From an uncultured virus (IMG/VR IMGVR_UViG_3300005758_000005) (Duplodnaviria > Heunggongvirae > Uroviricota > Caudoviricetes): a stretch of DNA of 64,000 nt. The translations under genes and the position numbers were made by a program. The stretch lies in the IMG/VR virus record IMGVR_UViG_3300005758_000005, positions 62,001-126,000 of that record; one strand, 5' to 3'. Below, piece by piece: positions 43,188-53,755 of this stretch (positions within the stretch are counted from its first letter, which is position 1; every line of letters starts with the position of its first letter). Under the pieces are notes generated by a model. The model did no database searches. It was not told where the DNA came from and was given only the letters and a program-made list of their open reading frames with translations.

Positions 43188-45495
43188 TTTAATTCTCCTT
43201 TATAGAGTGTTTCTGTCATATCTTTATATTATCTTTTTAATATCCTCGAAAATCTTAGCATCTAGAATCTCATCATGTGGTTTATTATTAATTGTTCCTA
43301 GATAAGTTGTTGTATTGAAACTTAAAAAATTATGGATAAGAACATGGAAGTTGCCTTGTTGGTCTTTCCCCCAGATGCTCTCGCCATTTTTACGGTGGAA
43401 TAGTTGTAGATTTTCTAGGTTTTTAAAAATAGTAATGTAATCTGTCATATTGGTTTCCTATGTTAAAAATCCCCTATGTTTCAAGGGGATTAATTTTATT
43501 CTTCTGTGAATGTTGTCTCTTCGTATTGGAACTCTTGAAATCCTAATTCTTGGAAGGTTCGTTCATCTGTATGGAATTTCTCTTGTTCGCCTTTGGTCTG
43601 TCTCAATCCGATAAACAGGTCAACAAGGGAGCCATCGGGGAGAGTGAACCCTATGATATCTCCTTGCCAATTCCTGTGTACTTCGTAGGACTCTGGCACA
43701 TCAATCATTCCTGTGCATTTGATTTCGTATGTCTTATTCATTGGTTTCCTCCATGAATGTATTTACCGCTTCTCTCAGATTATATAGTGTATCATCTGAA
43801 AGGTCAAGGTCTTCTGCGATTGTGTCATAGATATCAGCATCTTGAAGAGCGAATAAGAAGGTCTGCAGAATGGTGAGTTGCTCTGTTTGCGGGAGGCTTT
43901 CAAAGAACTCAAGTGTTGGATTTGGCATTGTTGTTTCCTCTGGTTGTATTGTATCAGGAAAATGTTTATAGGGGAAGAAGGAACCCAAACTTTCTTCCCC
44001 TATTTTTTGGCTAGAAACTTAACCAAAAATCTTATAAATTATTGTTTCCTATAGAAGAAGTAGTATTCACCTGATTTTTTAAATTCTACACCTATGACAG
44101 GGAGATATTTAAAAAACTCTTCCAGGTTTTCAGTTTTAAAATTTACACACATCAATTCATCTACATCAGGAAGAATAATATAATTATTAATCTTATTTTG
44201 GATATGATTAGAGATGTATGTTCTTGCTGGGATAATATTCTTAATTGGTTGGAAGGTTAGTAGGAATATTATTAAGGGATGCATATTGTTCTGCTGTCCT
44301 TCTTGCTTGGAGTTCTTTGCTAATAAAATAGTCACAAACTCTAACTGTCTTGCCTTCTTTAAGAGTTACGCCATCAGGATTTTCAACTTTGTATCCGGTG
44401 TCTGTTTTATAAAGAAACAAACCATCAGCCATCATTATCAGTTTCATCGACGAGTCTCCATTTACAGAAATTTTTCAATCTTCAAAGTAGGCATCCTCAT
44501 ACTCAAAGAATCCAATGCCATGTGATTTAAAATCTTCATCAGAGACAATGATTTCTTTTTCATCTGCCTCTAAACCAGCAATCAGGACATATGTTTTGTC
44601 TTTGACTTTAAAAGAATAAATTTGATTCTCGAAATTGTATTCGTATTCAGTATCATCAGGAACAAAGATTGAACCAGTGATTGTAAATTTTAATTCTTTC
44701 ATTATTCTTCATCCTCGAAATAATCCGATTCAATGAGAGAAGAAGATTTTAATTCTTGAAGGATAAATGAATCTTGAGAGAGTCCGATTCGAAATGCTCT
44801 GATGATAAGTTCTTTTGTTTCATCATCATATTCTTTTGGAAGTTCATCTCGCAAGCGTTCTGACATTGCTGATATCCATTTAAGGTCTGTATGTTCCATG
44901 GCTTATTATATCAATCGTAAGTATCGGCATCAACAAAAGAAAAATAAATATTGAGGCTGTATTCTTCGTCTTTTTTATATTTCTTGTGTTGTCGAATATA
45001 ATTAACAGTCCAACCAGATGATGAAGAAGATATTAGAGTACCTTGACATTTCTTGCGAAGGTTAAGTACATGAAAAAAATGATACTCGATAATTGACGCT
45101 TCTCTAGTAAAAGAATATTGTGGATTAATATTTGTTACTTGGCGGATAGATTGAATTCTATCTGAGGATTCTGAAAGATATCCTATAATGTAATCAATCT
45201 TCTTACGGTCTTTCTTAGTCATTTCTGGCTCCTTGGTGTAGTGTAACATGGAGTGGGGGAGATTGCAAGTTCTCCCCCAAGATTATTTAGTCTTCTGTAA
45301 TCAATTCGCCATGAAGAGAAATTTTATAACCTTCAATCTTTCCATCGTTGAATTCTGTAATATTATAAGTTACAACATCAACATCAAGAAGGTTAGTCTC
45401 GTTGAAAGCATGGTCAGTATCAATGCTAACTACACAAGGTAAATTTCCATACTTTGCTTTAATATTTTCCAGTTTTTGAATCAATTCACTGACTG

Positions 45496-46158
45496 TCATA
45501 CTTCTTCACTCTCCTCGAACAAAACAGCCCATTCACTCATCCCGCCCCATTTGCCATCCTCTACTGCTTCCTGAAAAGACCCATAAGAGCAGGTTTCTTC
45601 ATACTTTCCATTCTCACAGGTAAATTCGTAATGGGTATCGTTTTCAATGCTTCCCGATACCATTTCAAAAGTGGCATTAGGGTAGAGGGAAGAGAGTCTT
45701 TTAACAAAAGTCTCAGGTGTATCCCAAGGAGTATTAAAAGAATAAATTACTGTGTTGAAATCTGGGAGTTCTTTAGTATTTAATTCAGAAGCGTCCCATT
45801 TAACTCCCCAATTCGTTATATTCCAATCGTACCAGTTAGAAAAGCCAGTAGAGGAAAATGCCAGTTGATTCTGAATACCGGCTTTAGCAGTAGAGGAGAA
45901 CCATTGATGATTTGCTTCTACGATTTCTTGGAGAGTTGTGACAGATTTTCCAGTTTCTTTATTAAAATCTGCAATCAACTTTGGGACATTAACGCTAGGA
46001 GATTGAGTGCCTTCCAAGACTTCTGGCATAGTAAAGAAGATATTAAAAAATTCTTCTTCTTCGTTCTGGTTCTTTTCAGCAACCTTTGTCTTAAAAGCAT
46101 TGTATTCTTCTACTGTTTGAAAAATACAGGTGAGTTCGTTCATTACCCAGTTTGGCAT
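45496..46158 (-). CDS. DUF1281/YubB ferredoxin-like phage protein
   Basis: MPNWVMNEL...WYDWNITNWGVKWD...FNTPWDTP. Confidence 0.7.
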   Translation of the reverse strand: MPNWVMNELTCIFQTVEEYNAFKTKVAEKNQNEEEEFFNIFFTMPEVLEGTQSPSVNVPKLIADFNKETGKSVTTLQEIVEANHQWFSSTAKAGIQNQLAFSSTGFSNWYDWNITNWGVKWDASELNTKELPDFNTVIYSFNTPWDTPETFVKRLSSLYPNATFEMVSGSIENDTHYEFTCENGKYEETCSYGSFQEAVEDGKWGGMSEWAVLFEESEEV

Positions 46159-47597
46159 TTTACTATCCTTAAGAGAGAGATGGAGAGTAGATTTCTCTAC
46201 TCTCCTATATTATCATGCTTCGGCGAGAAAACCAAGTTCATTGCAGGTGGGACAATAATCTGCCTTATCTTCGCCACCTTGACCATATGAATCTATAAAA
46301 GACATTGATTCTTCTTCAGTCATATTTTCAAAAGTAATCTCGTTGATTTCTTTGCCACAGTCTTTGCATTCTTGATTCTCGCAAAAGACCTTAAACTTCA
46401 CTTCGGACATAAGGATTTAACCTCGTTCTGATAGATTTTAACCTGACACACTGTTATATCATTGGAGAGAGTAAAGTGCCAATAATTTTTAGAGATTTTT
46501 CGCTTAATTATATTGACACCTTTGAACCTAGTAGAATAAGAATCTAAGAATAGATGTTCCCACTTAGCAATCTTACTCTCTCTTGCAAGTCGTTTAGCAA
46601 TATTAATCTTCAATCCGTTCCACCAAAGATTCCATGCTAAGATTCTTGATTTCGTATTGCTCAATGCTTACGATATCATTAGGGAAGCGGAGCGGGTCTT
46701 CACCATCAACCGCCTCAATGCAATCAAAGGAAATCTCAGGATGGAAAAATACACCTTCTGCTTCAAAGACTCCATCATGCAAAACAACGCCATCTGGAAT
46801 CTCAAACTCTGCAACCACGGTAACTTTCATCTTCATTTCGTTCACCTCTGCATCTATAATATCAGGTAAAGACTAGGGTAGCAAATGATTTATGGTCTCT
46901 TCAAAAATAAATCCGAAAAGATGATTGGTTGGATTTGGTTCTAAGGATGCAAAATTTTTAAATGTTTTGTCCTCGTCATAATGGAATATCTCAACCTCTG
47001 AAAACAATTCTAATAATCTAATAAAGCAGTAGTCATTAGTAATTATAATATTATCCCATTTGCAGATTTCTTTAACATAATCCACTCGTTCAGACATAGG
47101 AATATAAAAGTAATCAGATTCGAAGATTGGATTATTATATTTTTCAGGGTCGATTCTAGATAGGTCGTTTGAGTATATAATTTTATTCATAATAGATTAT
47201 CCCCAGAATTTTGAGGCTCTGGGGATTGTTCCTTACATACTAATCTTGATGCTCTCGCCCTTGTACTTGAGGATAGAGTTCTTGTACTTGCCAATCAAAG
47301 CCTTAAGGGAATTGAAGAAAGAGAATTGAATAACATCCTTCTCAGAGATTTCAATTACCTTTGGTGCATTTTTATATTCTCGGAGACTAATCTTTCGTGG
47401 TCTGCCTTTGAAGATAAATGTTTGCTTATTTTGACCTGCCAACGAATTGAACTCTGCTGTCAATTGTGTCTCAGTCTTATAATCAAAAAGGCGAGTGTTT
47501 GTTTTAAAATAACGAGCCACTTCCTTAGCGGTTTTTGGCTCACCACATTCATTAAGATATGCAATGAGTTGTTCGAGACGAGTTTTTCCACTATACA

Positions 47598-48281
47598 TTA
47601 ATTTATTTCCTTTACTGGAGTGAGACTAACGCTCTCCCCTGCGACCAAACCCCTGTAGTATCCGTTGTCAGAATTCAAGTTTACCTTAAGATTGGATGTT
47701 CTCAAACTACCAAAGCGATTGTTCAAGAAATTTAAATTCTCATTCTCACAACTATCATAAACTTTCACCAATGCATTAGATTCGCTTTGGATAATCTTTT
47801 GTGATTCCAATAGTCTAGATGATATTCTTTGCGACATACCAATCTTAAAGGAATTACAAAATTTCTTTCCATGCTCGTTTGTTTTATATTTCAAAAGAGC
47901 ATTCAAAGATTCTCGTTCAATGACATGGCAGAGATAACGATATGACATTACCACTGCATCTCTATTAATAGACTTTCCAATAACACCGTATTTACCAGTG
48001 CTAGAGAATGCGATAACTTTACAAAAATGACTCTTGCAAATACTATTAAAAAGAATGCTCCGCCATGTGATAAAGTTCTTACCCTCTTGAACGAAACTAA
48101 TGCCAATCTCATCTTCAGCCTTTTTAAGATTATTGAATTGAGATTGGGAGAGATTATGCTGAGCCAGAAGAGACATAGCCTTTTTCATTGCTACATTTGC
48201 TTCATTCTCATTCGACGATTCTGACAGACGAAAGAGTTTCTCAATCGTTTGCAGGGTTTTTTGGTCTATGTTGGGTTCCAT
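47598..48281 (-). CDS. DUF2786-domain protein
   Basis: IEKLFRLSESSNENEANVAMKKAMSLLAQHNLS...SFKIGM...GYYRG. Confidence 0.75.
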   Translation of the reverse strand: MEPNIDQKTLQTIEKLFRLSESSNENEANVAMKKAMSLLAQHNLSQSQFNNLKKAEDEIGISFVQEGKNFITWRSILFNSICKSHFCKVIAFSSTGKYGVIGKSINRDAVVMSYRYLCHVIERESLNALLKYKTNEHGKKFCNSFKIGMSQRISSRLLESQKIIQSESNALVKVYDSCENENLNFLNNRFGSLRTSNLKVNLNSDNGYYRGLVAGESVSLTPVKEIN

Positions 48282-50681
48282 GACTCTTTATATCATCCCG
48301 TAAATATTAATGCAAGAAAAATCCCCAAGAATTTTTAAAGACTCTTGGGGTTGAATTATCCTGTTCTACTTTAACCTACCCCATAGGCACATCAGGATAA
48401 AATTAAAAAAGTCCCACCCCATGAGCAAAAGAATGGGACTATATACAAGAGACATGAGCAAAATCTCTTGTAAATTATTAAAGTTTCTTCTGGTCGTCGA
48501 TGTAAACAGAATCAACCTTGTCTTCGATTTCAAAAAGGACTGTTGTAGTGCTATCGTCATCAGCCACTACTTCGTCAACAGTAACAGTGCTATAATCGTG
48601 AACATTATGATATTCAATTTCGTATTCATTATCAATAACTAATTGCTTCATATGTTGACGAATCTTAATCCAATCCTCTTCAGAGAAATTTTTATAATCT
48701 TCTGAATTGAGATTTGAACAATTGCAAGCCTCATCAAATTGTTCTTTAGTAACTTCAAATTGGTATGTAGCAGTTACAGTACCGTTTACAAAGATTTGCA
48801 TTTTTTAATACCATGCAACCAAGTAATGACCAGCCTCAGCATGAAGTTTGAACATTCTGACCAAGTCTTTGAATTCTTCTTCTTCAATATCATAGTTTTC
48901 GATGTAAGAATCACGCCATTCTGTTGCTTCCAAACCTTCTGCCATATCCCGGACAACTTCGTTTGAAATCTCATTAGTATCGGGAGTATATCCATACAAA
49001 GAAATGCCAGTGACATCTTCTACAAAACGATTATAAACTTTGCCACGGAATGAATCGTTGCCATTGCCAGAAAACACGCCACCACAAATCTTAAACTCGC
49101 CTTCAATGACACCCTGCTCGTCTTTGTTCTTCATCCAAATGTTATCAAGTCCCATGTCAATCTCCTAAAGGTAAAATTCTCTATTCTTGTCTTCTTCGGT
49201 TACTGGATTCTCGGTGACAAAATAAAATTCTCTATCAACCCACCGCATACCAGAAACAAGGTAAGACATATCAGCACCGTTCGTAATAATAGTCCAAATA
49301 TTCTCTGGATTATGCTCACGAACGAAATCCAATTCTTCTCCATAGGTCTCAAAAGCATAACCTTCGTAAGTAGAGGATTCTTCAATCTCATTCTTGATAG
49401 GATTATATTTCTCAACCCATTCATCAAAAGTGTAAATACGCTCTGACTCGATTTTTATATTCTCGACTTTGCAGATTCCAACAGTATAACGAGGAATAAT
49501 ATTTTTAGAGACATACTGCTCAATATAATCCTTGGAATCATTGCTGAGAAAAAAAGACTTCTCGATTTTCTTCATTGGCTTACTAGGATAATACCAATCA
49601 AAAGAAAGCGAGATTTTAAAGGTTTGTGGAATAGTTGGGTTCATGGCGTTAGTATATCAGGTCTCTAGGGGAATGCAAGAAATATTACAAGATGCAGAGA
49701 GTATTTTCTTGGTACTCGAATTTTGGAGCATCTTCTTTTTTTAATATTCCTAAACGATGAAAAAATTCTTCAGGTACAATTGGCTCCCTATCTTCAAAAT
49801 TAAAAGAATAAGGTAAGACAGGATGATTAGGAGATAGTTTCACCAATGCTGTTCTTCCATCTCGACAATGTACTTTTAAAATAAATGTACCTGATTGATG
49901 TCTAAGAACTTTTGGAGAATGAAATAGAAAACCATTCCATTCAATTTTATAAGATGGTGTACTTCTCTCATAAACATATCTCCAAGGATTATATTCAACA
50001 GGAGAAGATTCCCAAAGTTCTTTAAGAGTCATTTTTAAATTCCTATATAAAGCACTAGTTCTTCTTGGTTTACATTAATAAGGTCAGCAGTCTTTTCATA
50101 TTTCTTTTCTATAGCATCCAAGAGTTCAGCGATAGAGTTAGAATTAGAAAAGAAAGACACAGGGTAAGAATTGAAAAAGCAAGTGCCATTATCAATAATC
50201 ACCGAGAATTTCTGAAGGTCAATTGTTTCGTTCACAGGGTATTGTATCAGGTCTCTAGGGGGTATGCAAATAAAAAACCCCTATCTCTTGGCGGTGGATA
50301 GGGGCTTGGTTCACTTGTGGAAAGTTGGTAAAGGACAAGTGAAAAGTGGGATATTATTTTACTTCTTTAAGCCATACTGTAGGATAGGCATCGAATTCAT
50401 CTGTCCTAGTAACCTCAAAGACTTTACCAAAATAAGAGTTGGCTCCATTAGCAAGTTGATTAGGATTGACTCTTCCAGAAGCAAAGTCAGAACCTTGATG
50501 CTTTACAATTGACTTGCGATACATATCAACATATACTTTAATATCTTCGGCATTATACAAGCCATCTGATTTATGAAGACGTTCCGCTTCTTCCATCTTT
50601 GGCTTCAATTCTACGCTCAACTCTTCCAACGTACTAAACGACAATTCCATTTTAATCTCCTAGAGAAATTTAATCAAACAG

Positions 50682-50754
50682 TGGGACGGGAGGGATTTAA
50701 ACCCTCGACTCCCCGGTTAAAAGCCGGGTACTCTAGTCGCTGAGTTACCGTCCC
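50682..50754 (-). tRNA. tRNA-Lys(UUU)
   Basis: Acceptor GGGACGG/CCGTCCC, loop CT-TTT-AA; atypical T-loop TTTAAAT. Confidence 0.8.
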
Positions 50755-50760
50755 AAACAA

Positions 50761-51052
50761 TAGCACCTGAGAGGCTCGAACTCTCACGGGTTGCCCCAAT
50801 AGATTTTCTTACCACTATAATTTTCATTACCAGAATAAATCTGTTTGTGGTCTGGACTTTACCTTCATCATAGTATTACTACCTTAGATGTCCTGTGTCA
50901 AGTCTCTACACGTTCCTAATTTCTTAGGCTTCGCTCGGTATTCCCATTTAAAAGGGTTCACCGAATTTACAGGATTCTACATTAGAAATTTCTCTCTAAG
51001 CACTCATATTTAACTCAAAGTCTATCGCATCTGCCAATTACGCCAAGGTGCC
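50761..51052 (-). tRNA. tRNA-Leu(UAA) interrupted by a group I intron
   Basis: Exons 51052-51018 and 50807-50761 join to give anticodon arm ATAGA-CTTAAAA-TCTAT, a variable arm and a TTCGAG T-loop. Confidence 0.85.
50808..51017 (-). ncRNA. Group I self-splicing intron (210 nt, ORF-less)
   Basis: Inserted after U34 and ends in G; P AATTCGGTGAAC, Q AATACCGAGC, R GTGTAGAGACTTGA, S AAGGTAAAGTCC. Confidence 0.85.
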
Positions 51053-51291
51053 TCATAACTCTTACAAACATATCTTACCTTGTTTCATCTCTCTTGTCAA
51101 CTCCCTTTCCTAGCATTATCACAAATTTCTCTGCGATAATGCTAGTTTTGAAAGGAGACCGAAATGAACAACATCAAGTGAATATCGCTTTAACTTGACA
51201 CACCTATATTACCTAATCCTCAGAGCCATGTCAAGCAAAGCACAAAAAAAGGGAGAGAAATTAATCTCTCCCTTAAGAATTAAATAAAATC

Positions 51292-52320
51292 TTACTTAAC
51301 CCAGAATTCAACCTTATTACCAGCAGACCCACCAGAAGCCACCGAAACAGATGAGATTCCGATGTATTTATTAGTGGAGAATGTGATTTGTGCATTTGCG
51401 GCAGAGTTGACTGGAATGGTAACAACGATTGTGGCATCATTTGTTCCATCTGCTTTAATAGGAACCACATTAAGAACGATAGGAGTGACGCTAGAGACCT
51501 GTGTAGAGTCCGATGCAAGTCTTACTTCTAACAATGTAGCAATCATCCCAGAAACGCTCGAAACGCTTGTAAGGCTTCCCCATGTTCCTCCAGTGTTAGT
51601 TAAGGAATATAATTTTACGATCAATTCCTCATTTTTAATATTTCTGTGGAATCTTCTGTAATTTTCGCTCCAAGTAACATTAAGAACAGCAGGGGATAAA
51701 CCATTAGAATCAAGACCTGTAAAATAATTTCTTAAAGTCTTGGTAGTGATGGATGTGAAGTAAGTGTCTAGTGCTGTTTGATATGCTGTTAATGCGGACG
51801 AAAGAGCAGATGTTAATGTACCTTCATTTGTTCTAAAAGATTTTAATAAAGTAGAAGTAGCATCTGTATCAGTATCGGTTATATCATTTTCAGCAAGAAC
51901 ATCACCAAGCAACAATCTATTAAAAAAATTAAATTCGTATGTATTAGAATAAATTGTATCTACTGCTGTTGGTTTGGAAGCCATTTGAATTACATATGGT
52001 TGAAGAGTTGAGTTGGAGCCATATGTTGTAGAGATTGTAATGCTTGTGTCAGACCCTACAGCAGAGATAGTGTACCATGTTGTGATAAGTGATGGGTCGT
52101 TGCTTCCGATTCCAATTCTTGCTGGAGCGGTGGAAGCATTAAAATTTAAACTTGTCCATACGGTGCTGGTTCCTGTGATTGTTGGAGAACCAGAAGAAGT
52201 TGCAACAGTTCCAGTAATATAATAATTTGGTTTTGCTGATTGGTCTCTTAACAATCTATCAGCGTTTCCAAGGTTTGTAGTTAATGTCGAGATTGTAGAC
52301 GGGGCGATTACTTTAGCCAT
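51292..52320 (-). CDS. Probable virion structural protein (S/T-rich)
   Basis: YITGTVATSSGSPTITGTSTVW...YTISAVGSDTSITISTTY beta-rich motif of phage tail-related proteins. Confidence 0.55.
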   Translation of the reverse strand: MAKVIAPSTISTLTTNLGNADRLLRDQSAKPNYYITGTVATSSGSPTITGTSTVWTSLNFNASTAPARIGIGSNDPSLITTWYTISAVGSDTSITISTTYGSNSTLQPYVIQMASKPTAVDTIYSNTYEFNFFNRLLLGDVLAENDITDTDTDATSTLLKSFRTNEGTLTSALSSALTAYQTALDTYFTSITTKTLRNYFTGLDSNGLSPAVLNVTWSENYRRFHRNIKNEELIVKLYSLTNTGGTWGSLTSVSSVSGMIATLLEVRLASDSTQVSSVTPIVLNVVPIKADGTNDATIVVTIPVNSAANAQITFSTNKYIGISSVSVASGGSAGNKVEFWVK

Positions 52321-52439
52321 TTAGAACCATCCTTAAAAAGATAATAATATTTTTTCTTTAATGTATCTTTTGTGACTAACCGTAATGAGAACCTTTAAAA
52401 AAATCCCCCTCGAATTTCTAAGAGGGGGATTGATTGGGT

Positions 52440-53651
52440 TTAGAGTTTGCTGTATTCCTGATAGATTTTAAATACATCATCCTCAGAAGTGAATTGAAGA
52501 AGAATCACAAACTCTGGATTAATCTTATGCTGGTCATCAATATCCTTATAGAAGTTCTTAAGGGCATTGGCTACCGCAGTACGTTGGTGACCATAGAGGA
52601 ATGCAAGCATATTAATATAATTGAATCTCTTAGTCTTCCAATCATCCAAGATAGTTCCGTCAAGGTCGAGAGTAAGTTGAACCTCAGTCTTGCTTTCACA
52701 ATCTTCACAGAGAATATTATCAGAAAGATTCATGTCTACGCAAGCACATTCATTACATCGTGGACATTCGCAATCATCAATGATACATTCACAATCATCA
52801 CATCGCTCTGCATCAAGATAATATTCTTCATCATCAACAGTGAGGATTTCATATGTTCTTGGTTGCCATTTACCTTCGACATATGCATCATTCTCTGTCT
52901 CGAAATTTGAAGTGTATCTACCTTCTACGAGAGGCTTTTCATATTCTGCCACAACCTTATATCGACAGGTGCGGAGTTTTTGAAAATTACAATCTGTAGG
53001 AATCGAAACAACATCTGCCGGGTCGATTTCAACAAGAACAAGTTTATCAGATTCAGAAGCAAAGTCAGAGGCATATTCCAAAGTACCAGCATGGAAACCG
53101 TAGGAACAACCAACCTCTTTATTGTCATCTACCTTGTTGCGAGGCATTTCCAAAACGCTACCAACAGTATTGAAGAATGTTCCAGAATACTTATCGGAGA
53201 AGTCTGAACGAACAGCCTTATAAGCAAGGAATGTTCCAGAATCTGTGATAGGAAGATGCTTATGCTCAAGGAAGGTATAGAGTTCATCCACTGCACGTTT
53301 TGATGGATTGAGTTGAAGTCGAGTCATAAATTTAAAAATATGAACTGCATCAACATCACCAGCAAGGGCATTGAGAACCCGCTCTGCTACAATAGACGTT
53401 ACTGCATCACCGTCGATATAAACATTGCCATCCTTCACCTCGATATTCTCATACTGGAAATAGAGACGTTGGAGTTTATTAGCAGGATTGATGTAGTCTA
53501 CCAATCCCTGCCAATCAGAATCCTTATAAGCCTTGAGAGCGTTAGGGAATGCAGGGTTGGAAGCATTAATGGTGTACTGTTTTCCATCAATGAATACGGT
53601 GATGAAACCAGAGATTGGGTCATCATTAAGAAGTTTTGCTGTTGGGTTCAT
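52440..53651 (-). CDS. rIIB: rIIB-like protein
   Basis: NPSKRAVDELYTFL...ITDSGTFLAYKAV...MPRNKVDDN...CSYGFHAG...IDPADVVSIPTDCNFQKLRTCRYKV; follows rIIA. Confidence 0.85.
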   Translation of the reverse strand: MNPTAKLLNDDPISGFITVFIDGKQYTINASNPAFPNALKAYKDSDWQGLVDYINPANKLQRLYFQYENIEVKDGNVYIDGDAVTSIVAERVLNALAGDVDAVHIFKFMTRLQLNPSKRAVDELYTFLEHKHLPITDSGTFLAYKAVRSDFSDKYSGTFFNTVGSVLEMPRNKVDDNKEVGCSYGFHAGTLEYASDFASESDKLVLVEIDPADVVSIPTDCNFQKLRTCRYKVVAEYEKPLVEGRYTSNFETENDAYVEGKWQPRTYEILTVDDEEYYLDAERCDDCECIIDDCECPRCNECACVDMNLSDNILCEDCESKTEVQLTLDLDGTILDDWKTKRFNYINMLAFLYGHQRTAVANALKNFYKDIDDQHKINPEFVILLQFTSEDDVFKIYQEYSKL

Positions 53652-53755
53652 TCTTTTTTCCTTTAAGAGAGATAAGGCATCGGGGCTTGTCTTTCGTCCT
53701 TATCACCGATTGACATAGCATATTACCAAACTATTTCTGAGACCGCAAGGGGATA

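Larger units (their letters stand above)
43224..50650 (-). other. Cluster of about 20 small, mostly acidic hypothetical genes (early/host-takeover-like), many with own promoter and terminator
   Basis: Tightly packed minus-strand ORFs of 65-227 aa; repeated TGATAYAAT-like -10 boxes and CCCC..GGGG terminators. Confidence 0.6.
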
